Below are positions 10,796 to 20,337 of a DNA stretch of 32,531 bases, one piece after another. The notes beneath the pieces were generated by a model that searched no databases, had not been told where the DNA came from, and was given only the letters and a program-made list of their open reading frames with translations. This stretch comes from Catajapyx aquilonaris (taxonomy: Eukaryota): assembly GCA_000934665.2 (NCBI GenBank), contig JYFJ02004382.1, positions 1-32,531 of the forward strand, given 5' to 3'. Position 1 is the first letter of the stretch. The number at the start of each line of letters is the position of its first letter. Position numbers and translations under genes: made by a program.

Positions 10796-12667
10796 CTAGT
10801 GAAAAATGATTTCTTTAAAAAAGACTGCAGTCGCAAGACACAACCCAATGAACAAAACATAAAAAACACTCTGTAACTTCCGTAGGGAAAACACCACCCT
10901 TCCTTCGTCACTTTCTGCAATTTGGTCTCTTCTTCTGGCTTTGGCAGCATCCAGCAATCACCTGTGTTCCAGAAGTCTCTCTCTTTTCTCGTTCAATCCA
11001 ATGCTGTAGAAGATGTGCGACCAGTAGTTCCAGTTCTCCGAATAAACCATTCCATTTGGAAGAAAATATGTGAGATACACAATGGCTGCGTAGTCGTGGG
11101 AAATGAAAGCGAAGTCTCGGCTATACACATCCAAGCTATTCAAGGTCTCTTTCAACCACAAGCTGTTCCCAGCGCAGACACTGTCTTTAATGACTACATA
11201 CTGGCAGCACTCATCCCAATCTGTTACAGTTTCTATTCTGTCAAACAAAGTTTTGTAAGGGTCATTCTCATCCAGATGAATACTACTCTGTGCCATTTCG
11301 TAAAAGTCCTTTTGCATTTTGATATGGAAATGAGAAATTCGCAATTTCTCTAAAGTGTCGGGGATATCCTCCCTCGGAGGGAAAGTCAGAAGATTGTACA
11401 GTGTGGAAAGGTAGGCTGTGGTAATGACCATGGAAAAATAAACCCAGAATATTGCAAAAGCCTTCAATGCGTCTCGTTCAGGAAATGGTGCGTCCAGTTG
11501 TAAAGTTACTTTTACCAGGTACTGCATGTACGAATTAAATGACGCAGTATAACTGGTCTTATTCTGGAATAGCTCTTGATAATGAGAATTAGAAAGCAAG
11601 ACTAAAGTGACACATGAAACGAACAATAAACAAGCAACCAAACACCACGTCCCGAGTGAGAAGGGCAACAGCACAATAAACGCAGTCGTCTTCTCGAGTG
11701 GAGTTCGAATAAGAAAGGTCAATTTGGTACTCGAATATGGGGCTATTAAATCACCAATTGCATATAAATCATAAATTACTGGAGTATCTAAAAAGAAATG
11801 TAATCTCCCTTGTATCATATGATCAATAACTTCACGTAGTGCAGAAAAGTTGCTGAACAATGAGGATAAATTGACCCTAGAGATGCTCCAAGGGAAGTTT
11901 AGTGCAGTGCCCAGGAAACACAACTGAACGTTTGTGGATGTTGCATTGCACTCCAAATGACTCTCTTCAACTGGGTATATCGATTTCATAGATTTCCCGC
12001 GAAAGTTGTTGGCTGTGTCCTTAAATATTTGCACTTTGACAGCTTCATCGTAGGGCACCATGATGGACTCTGCAGTTGAGTTCCCTTCGTTGCAGAAGTA
12101 GCACACGGAATGAACCAACAATGATTTGTTTTGAGACGAATTGATCATCATCACCTTGTATTTAATTTTCTACAGTGGCTTCTCCAGAAGAACGTTGATG
12201 TCCGTGTCATCCCGCATCGACAACAAATCCGTCACACTATTCACCACCAGGATGGTCTCTTGTTCGTCCAAGATCTCCTTCATAGTTGGACGAACATGCT
12301 ACTACCAGATGCACCGCACACTTGGCTATCTTCGCCTTTGGTTCCAGTTCTAAACCGGTTTGTGAAGGTGACTCCACAGTATCGCAGGTCCAAGTGCTGC
12401 TGGCAGAGCTCGACTAGGAGACAATCACAGGTCTTCCAAGAAGAGACATGTTTGTCAACAGAGTCGTGACATGTCCTGGTATCGACCCTGCAACATCATG
12501 ATGCACAACCAGAGGACACTCCACAAGTTCATCATTCTTCAGAAGGTTTCACAGGAACAGCAATATTGTTCAATTCCTTCCTCACAGTCTTTCGTATGAA
12601 TGTGTATGCGACATGACACCAGTGCAAATAAAGTGGCACATATGCAGCAAGGGATAGTGATCTGCAT
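10796..12667 (-). pseudogene. divergent ionotropic receptor, copy C; multiple lesions
   Basis: ATG at 12667 (MQITIPCC...); +2 frameshift and TGG>TGA at ~12550-12565; ~11-nt deletion at ~12279 plus further small deletions at ~12220-12240; AGA>TGA at 10960-10958; ancestral TAG at 10798-10796. Confidence 0.92.
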
Positions 12668-13594
12668 TTTTGTAGTAGTGTGCGCATGGGTGCTCTTTAA
12701 AGTCATGTAGCAAAATTCACTTTAGAATGAAGTTGCACAGTGGTCCTACTTTGGATATTGAGAAGACGGTCTACGATGGAAGCAGCCCTGCCCCACAATG
12801 TGCTTCTGAAAAGAGAATCTGGCATTGTCCACCTTGTTTCCTGGAACGCTCAATACCACTTTGGTTTATAGTCCTGTGCAATTAGCCGATAATTAGGCCG
12901 AATCTAGTAAACAACAAAGCGCGTCTCTTATATTCAGGGTATATTTTTCCATCGGCCTTACCACAGCCTACAAAATTGTTGAATTCCTTGGAGGGCATTA
13001 CATCGTACAGGTTTTTCCATTCATGCAGCAGGTAAAGGACATGGATACATCAGATCGGAAAAGTTGAGGCAGTTTGATTCGGCTGAAACATTGTCAGTTG
13101 ATACATCTTGACCTGATTGTCAATTGTTCTGAAGGTCGAAGAAAATCTTCCATGCCATTGGCCGCTTGAGTGTCTAAAATATCGTAATTTTCAGTTGCAT
13201 CCTATCGGTCTCACATTCATGTGTGTTGTGGAATGCTTCATTGGCAAACTCTCAAGCGAAGAAATGAAGAATGATAGGTCATCTTCTGACCGTACCATCT
13301 GAACTTTATGCTTTATTTATTAACTAGCAGCGGCACCCGTTCTTCGCACGGGGAAAAAAGAGCGTGGATAATTACACCGCAATCTTCTTATAGATCTCAA
13401 GCAATATTAAAAGCAAAACTGCTCATTCGCTTGCATATGTAGGCACTGGAAGGGTGTAAAAATTCTGGTTTGTTTGCGTAATAAAGAGCCACGCAACTAT
13501 GGCTAAGTGGTATCAGAATACAAAAAGGTGGGACAGATGGAGAGAGAAACAAATAGGAAAAAGAAGAGAGGAAAGACTGGTATCTCTTACTCTG

Positions 13595-13722
13595 TCTCCT
13601 ATCCCAAAGACCTGTCCAACTTGGGCGGCCCTACCAGTAGACGAAACTACCGCCGGCATAGCTATTCAAGATCATGGGAAAACAAAAACCCACCACCACG
13701 GCAAGGTAGAGATACATTGGGG
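13595..13722 (-). mobile_element. fragment resembling the conserved 5' UTR of RTE-clade LINEs
   Basis: Minus strand ACCTTGCCGTGGTGGTGGG...ATGA...AGCTATGCCGGCGGTAG..CTACTGGTAGGGCCGCCCAAGTTGGACAGGTC resembles the RTE/BovB 5' motif as I recall it; not verified by search. Confidence 0.55.
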
Positions 13723-14070
13723 AAAGGGGACATAAAAAATTTGGATAAAAAAATTTGGGAAGTGCAAAATTTGAAACCATTTACGGGCCTGTTTCTATGG
13801 TAATCACCAACAAAATTCTGTTGCCACAGGCAAAGAAATTTTATTGTGTTGCCTTACATACGTAGATTATCAAAATATGTTCTATATTTATTAATTTATT
13901 GCAGCAAACCCGTGTGTAGTGTCTGGTACATATGTTGAACTTGCTGGTGTCAGTCAACGTACACGCAGAAGTAATCGAAAGCGGAGGGATAATTGGACAG
14001 TGTTATGCAATAATGGGTCAACCTACAAAAATGTCAAAATTGAGCCAAGCCTACGGACATACACCTAAAC

Positions 14071-14266
14071 CAGGGGTTCTACACCTTTTAGGGCCTCCGC
14101 ACCCCTTTGTAGACAATATCTTGGTCCTTGTTGCACCCCCTTTACCAGGGGTGATTGATTACTTTCATAGATAGACCAGTTATTAGCTCTAGGTTAGATC
14201 CTTGCTCGCACTCCCTGGGAAGCCACCTCGCCTGGAGGTGCGGGCACCCCAGGTTAAGAACCGCTG
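14071..14266. mobile_element. hAT (Charlie/Buster-like) MITE nested in the Helitron
   Basis: Imperfect TIRs CAGGGGTTCTACACCT / AGGTTAAGAACCGCTG; 8-bp TSD ACCTAAAC / ACCTAAAG. Confidence 0.8.
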
Positions 14267-16810
14267 ACCTAAAGGATCCTACTTAATTCAGTTAAAATCA
14301 ACGCCGGTGAAATCTGCATACTTCTGCCATAAATGACCGAAAAGAACGCTGAATTAATTATTTCACAGGTATGACCTTCAAAGCCCTTTTTCTCAAAACT
14401 GTTCTCATGTGGGTTGACGCATTATTGCATAACACCGTCCAATTATCAAAATAATACAGTAGGTACCTGTTTTACACCCCTCCATTTTACGCCGTTCTAC
14501 ATTAACGCATGCAGGTTTGAATATGACATCATCAAATTTTTAAATTGAAAAAAATGTGATAACGTGGAAATTATGATCGCTTGCTGGTTGTGAAGTGGCC
14601 AAGAAAGATTTCCCATGCGGGAAGTACCCGTTTTACGCCGCTCCATTTTACGCTTTTTCGCATTAACCCCGGTTTCAAAATTGCATTTGAAAATTTTGTA
14701 TCAGAATTTTTGAAAATAATATTTGATGATAACCCAATCTGAACATGAACGCATGACTCCAACACTTCTGAGACCAAACACACGAACGTACACCTGTTCT
14801 TCTTTCCTCTGTGTTTCCTGGTGTCTTGTGGCAGGTTCTATCGATATGCACTGTACAGTACTGTATTGTTCGGTATTGTTGATCTCGGCACTCCCCGAAG
14901 TACTCCAACCGTTAATTGTTACAATACCCTACGTGTCAAGGCTACGTGTACTGCAATTATAATTCTTGCCAACCTGCCCGTTTTTCTATTATTGTTTTCA
15001 TTGTTGAATAATTATGCAATGTGGATTATTTTAGAACACGAGTGAGAGAGGCAGATCCATCCTTTGGGCTTGTTGACAGCCAGGGTTGCTAGGCAATTGC
15101 TTAATCTGCTGAAAACCCCCCTTAGACTCAAAAAAGTTCGGGTTTGGGACTTTTCTCGGGGTGAGTGATAGGTAAGACATGGCTCTGAGAAATTTGAGCG
15201 TTCTCCGTACCTGGGAAGTGGCTTAATTAGGCGTGACATACATTAAACATATAATTATATGTACAAACTTTCAGCTTTATATATATGGGGATTGCGATCG
15301 AATCAAGGTCACATCTTTCAATCGTTACAAGCTTCTAAGTGTGACATTTTTCTCCAGCGCATTTCTGCTGGTTGTAATCATGGTCATTTCTCGGGGTTTC
15401 TGGATTGACCGTATTTATGAGACGGTGCTATGGCAACGGTGGTAGTATACAATCAAATAATCGACAATTAAATATATACTGAATATGATATTAGTCTAAT
15501 TGATAAGTGAAGGACTTCTGGTGCCATTTGACCTTTATGATTCCTTTATGTCATTGTAGTGTGATCGAAGCCATTTCTCAGAATTGTGATGTGCTGCGAG
15601 GTGTTACATTTTTTGTTCTACCGAGTCGACCACAGGCCATGGATTGAACTCGGATTGACAGGTTCATATGTGTGATGTTGTTATGGCAATAACGACCACG
15701 GTATTATACAATCGAATCAATGACATTTGCGTCATTTATCACGACACCCATCATGTAACGTACCAGATTCTGAATGTAAATGATATAAAAATAATAATAT
15801 TAAGTTGGGGCATCGCAATTCGTTGGGTTTCATTTTATTGCATTTAAATTACATTTAATGGTTCAACTTTCTAGTTATCGTTTTTATTTATCATCTGAAA
15901 ATCTTGAAATAAATTCATGCTTTGCAAAACCGAGAGCGTTTGAATTTATTGCATTAAAACCACGTAACTACATCTCAGAAGTGAAACACGATTAACGGAA
16001 ATGTTTTTAAAGCAACTACTTATTAAAGATTTCTTCCTTAATAAATACAATGAGCTCTTGGTTAGATACAAATAACACGGTCAATCCATAAATGCCTAGA
16101 AATGCACGTGATACAACCGCCAGAATGCACTGGAGCACACAAAATGTCACACCTCGGAGATTGTCACGATTGAAAGATTGAACCTTGATTCGGTGTCACT
16201 GCGATGTCATAAAATAATAAAGGATAAAGGTCAGATGGTACAGTACGGGCAGTGTCTGACCTATCAATTTTCATAAGAATGTAATGAAAATTGCTTCCAA
16301 ACTATTCACTTCAGAGTTTGCCAAATCACGCAAAATTTATCCCAATTTCATTACACATCAGTTTTTACATCCGAGATTTTAGCAAGTAATTCTTTGTTCG
16401 AAAATAAATCTTTCCAAGGAATTTATACTGATCTACAGGATTTTCTCAACAACAAGGAGATTATTGCAATTACATTGAAAACATACATAAAACACATATA
16501 TCAGTAATTATTTTACGTCACCAAGATGAAATAGACCTCCAGATGTATTTATAAGTAATGAGATAGCATAACCAACCCGCGTGAAGGCTAAGCAAAAGGT
16601 GGTATCGAGCGATCCAGAAAGAAACGTGGAAAATCTAGATTCTATATCGAGAGGCATATTGTGGTGCACAGTTGCATGCATGGTAGACCGTCATTTCTCA
16701 ATCTCCAAAAGTAGAACTACAGTGCAACTTCATTCTAGATCACATGATTTTAAAGCGCACCCTCGCGCATCCAACTATAAGCATAAGTATTAAGAGGCGA
16801 CCAAAACATA

Positions 16811-18995
16811 ATGCAGATCATTATCACTTGCTGCATATGCGCCACTTTGTTTGCACTGGTGTCATGTCGCATCCACATTCATACGAAAGACTGTGAGGAA
16901 GAAACTCAACAAGCGCAGTTCATGTGGAACCTTCTGAAGAAGGATGAACTAGTGGAGTGTCCTCTGGTTTTGCACCATGATGTTGCAGGGTCGATGCCAG
17001 GACATGTCACGACTCTGTTGACAAACATGTCTCTTCTTGGACGACCTGTGCTTGTCTCCAAGTCGAGCTCGGCCAGCAGCACTTGGACCTGCGATACTGT
17101 GGAGACAACTTCACGAACTGGTGTAGAACTGGAACCAAAGGAGAAGATGGCCAAGTGTGCAGTGCATCTGGTTGTGGCATGTTCGTCCAATTATGAAGAT
17201 TTCGTGGAGGAGATCTTGGACGAACAAGAGGCCATCATGGTGGTGAAAAGTACGTCGGACAAATTTGTGTTGTGGATGAGGGAGGACATGGACATCAACG
17301 TCCTTCTGGAGAAGCCACTGTCGAAAATCAAATACAAGGTGATGGATGATCAATTCGTTTCAAAACAAATCACTGCTGGCCCATTCCGTGTGCTACTTCT
17401 GCAACGAAGGGAACCCAACTGCAGATTCCATCGTGGTACCGTACGATGAACCTGTCGAAGGACAAATATTTATTGACACTGCCAATAACTTGCATGGGAA
17501 ATTTCTGAGATCCATTACCTCAGTTGAGCAGAGTCACTTGGAGTGCAATGTAACGTCTGTGAATATTCAGCTGTGTTTCTTGTCCACTGCACTAAACTTC
17601 ACGTGGAACATATCTATGGTCGATGTAAACTCATTGATCAGCAACCTTTCTACAATAGCAGAAATAGTTGATGATATTATACAAGGGAGATTAAATTTCT
17701 TTTCAGGTATTGGAGTAATTGATGCTTCATATGCAATGGGTGAAGCAATAGCCCCATATTCGAGTTGTACGAAATTGACATTCCTTGCTCGAACTCCACT
17801 CGAGAAAAGGACTACATTTATCGTGCTTTTGCCCTTCACACTCGGGACGTGGTGTTTGGTTGCTTTTTTATTGTTCGTTTCATGTGTTACTTTAGTCTTG
17901 CTTTCGAATTCACATTATCAAGCGCTATTCCAGAATAAGGCCAGTTACATTGGATCATTTAATTCGTACATGCATTACCTTGTGAAAGTAGCTTTACAAC
18001 AGTGCGAATCATTTCCTGAACGAGACGCATTGAAGGCTTTTGCAATATTCTGGGTTTATTTTTCCATCGTCATTGCCACAGCCTACATTTCCAAACTGTA
18101 CAACCTCCTGACTTTCCCCCCTAGAGAGCATGTCCCCGACACTTTTGAGAAATTGCATCTTTCCAATTTCCGTACAAAAATGCCAAAGATCGATTACGAC
18201 GTATTCCAGGGTAGTATTGGTCTGGATGAGAATGATCCTTACAAAATAATGTGTGACAAAACAGAACCTGTAACAGATTTGGATATATGCTGCCAGAACA
18301 TAGTCACTGAAGACAGTGTCTGTATTGGGGACAGCTTGTCGTTGAAGGAATCATTGTATATCTTAGACGTGTATGGCCAAGACCTCGCTTTCATTTCCCA
18401 CGACTGCGCAATCGTTGTGTATGTCGCATATTTCCTTCCAAAAGGAATGGTTTATTCGGAGATCTGGAACTACTGGTCGCACATCTTCTACAGCATCGGA
18501 TTGAATGAGAAAAAAGAGAGACTTCTGGAACACAGGAGATTTCTGGATGCTGCCAAAGCCAGAAGAAGGGACCAAATTGCAGAAAGTGACGAAGGAAGGG
18601 TGGTATTTTCACTACAGAAGTTACAGAGTATTTTTTATATCCTGTTCCTTGGGTTGTGTGTTGCGTTTGCAGTCATTTTTAGTCTTTTCTATGCACTGTA
18701 TTGTACTGTATTGTTCGGTATTGTTGATCTCGGCACTCCCCGAAGTACTCCAACCGTTAATTATTGTTACAATACCCTACGTGTCAAGGGGGTAATCACT
18801 CGACTGAAAAGTGTACACTGGAGTACCAAATTCAAGGAGTACCACGGAGTAATAAAGAGTGAGGTGCCTGAGGAGTACCAGGGAGTACCACTCCCAGGTG
18901 TACACCGGAGTACCGAAGTGATTACCCCCTTGCTACATGTACTGCAATTATTATTCTTGCCAACCTGCCCGTTGTTCTATTGTTTTCATTGTTGA
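16811..18995 (+). pseudogene. divergent ionotropic receptor, copy D; 4-nt duplication frameshift, native C-terminus replaced by TE sequence from ~18690
   Basis: AAGGTGATG-GATG-ATC at ~17340 versus AAGGTGATGATC in copies A and B; IR homology ends at ...LCVAFAVIF (~18680) and the ORF continues ~100 codons through Helitron and MITE sequence to 18995. Confidence 0.88.
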
Positions 18996-19930
18996 ACATG
19001 CAATGTTGAATTCATTTCAGAACGTGAGTGAGGGAGGCAGATCCTTCTTTTGGGCTTGTTGACAGCCAGGGTTGCTAGGCAATTGCTTATTCTGCTGAAA
19101 ACCCCCCTTAGACTCAAAAAAGTTCGGGTTTGCGACTTTTCCCGGGGTCAGTGATATGTAAGACATGGCTCTGGAATGCTCTGGAATGCTCTGGATGTGC
19201 CCGGGAAGCACTTGGCTTAATTAGGCGTGATAAATAAATATACATATATCAAACGACAAACTCCCAGAGGGAAAGGGGACAAAAAGGGGACAAATCGAAA
19301 CTCACTTCACACAAACTCGGGCCACACTCAAAAATATTCACTCCAAACACACATCAATACCAATGTCGGACTATAACTAAGAACCAACTGTGACGAAAGC
19401 CCGAGTGAGCCGGCAGGTAATGCACGGAGTGAATTGAGGATGAGTAGGGGGGGTGTCCTTTGGCAACACACCTGTGCCGACCCCAAGCAGAGACCTGCAC
19501 CAGTTATGGAAGTGAACTGCTCTTGTCTGTGCCCTGGAACCAACTGGCCACTCGAATGAGAATGTTTGTTGACCCTGCTGTTGACTACTCCTTGGTTGTC
19601 CTGGGCAACCTGCCAGAAGTTCAATTGTTTCAATTTTGGAGGGGGGATTCGATTCAGAACGCGAGGGACGAAGGAGAATCCTTACCTCTGGTTGTTTACA
19701 GCTCTGTAGGGTCATGGAAACAGATGGAACAACAATGGGAAAGGGAAAAACCCGAATTTTTGGGGGGAGGGCTTTTTATACTCGACGAAATGCGGTGTTT
19801 GGACTTTTCCCGGGGTCAGTGATATATAAGACATGGCTGTGAGAAATTTGAGCGCTCTCCGTACCCGGGAAGTGGCTTAATTAGGCGTGATAAATAAATG
19901 TACAAATTTTGAGCTTTATATATATGGGGA
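18690..19930 (-). mobile_element. second copy of the Helitron, 5' part only, with an internal duplicate of the terminal segment
   Basis: 18690-19240 matches 14845-15240; the segment GACTTTTCCCGGGG...TTAATTAGGCGTGA occurs at ~19134-19230 and ~19802-19890; same A|TCCCCATATATATAAAGC start at 19930; no hairpin-CTAG end seen. Confidence 0.75.
18785..18932. mobile_element. 148-bp MITE, P-superfamily-like (hAT possible)
   Basis: Perfect 16-bp TIRs CAAGGGGGTAATCACT / AGTGATTACCCCCTTG; 8-bp TSD CTACGTGT / CTACATGT; internal GGAGTACC repeats. Confidence 0.88.
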
Positions 19931-20187
19931 TTCTTGCTTATAATCTCCAAACGCCATATAAGAGCAGGTGACAGCATACACATGACCAATACCGTGCACA
20001 GGACTGAGGGTAGCGCCATAATATATGTTGGTTGCTGGGAGAGCGGAGAACAGCTGTTGGACAGTGCTGGAGCTGGAGTGGCATGATTCACCGATGCTCT
20101 TGCCAGTCAGACTCTTCCAGCTCCATTGTAAGAGGCATTTTAACTCTGATCAAAATTACGAATTCCATCAAAATAATCTAGACCCTG

Positions 20188-20337
20188 TTTGAGAGTGGAT
20201 TTTCAACTCTACTCCACATTAAAACAAATCAAGAAATAGGCTGAATGTTGAGGATGACGTGAGGCTCTCTTTGACAAACACTCAACCTCGAATTGTGGAC
20301 CTGGTTACCCACATGCAAGTGTAACCATCTAATTGAA
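20188..20337 (+). mobile_element. hAT Buster/Charlie (ZBED5-like) transposase C-terminal remnant
   Basis: With one frameshift it reads ESGFSTLLHIKT-SRNRLNVEDDVRLSLTNTQPRIVDLVTHMQV*PSN*, the typical Buster-type dimerisation-domain tail. Confidence 0.8.

Larger units (their letters stand above)
13324..15291 (-). mobile_element. non-autonomous Helitron (~1.97 kb) with nested repeats
   Basis: Minus strand: 5' A|TCCCCATATATATAAAGC at 15291; 3' hairpin CCCGT-GCGAAGA-ACGGG then CTAG|T at 13327-13324; no TSD; interrupts a flank sequence that is contiguous at ~3765-3830 and ~9660-9720. Confidence 0.8.

Noticed and set aside
12950..13190. Possible Penelope-type hammerhead ribozyme remnant (…GGCTGAAACATTG…)
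   Set aside because: The CUGANGA core is absent and similarity is too degenerate to support
1644..18795. Many 60-140-aa ORFs recurring across the IR copies (e.g. MDEHATTRC..., MSRIDHHLV..., MVPSSGFGS...)
   Set aside because: Antisense or off-frame shadows of the IR coding sequence; they recur only because the gene is duplicated
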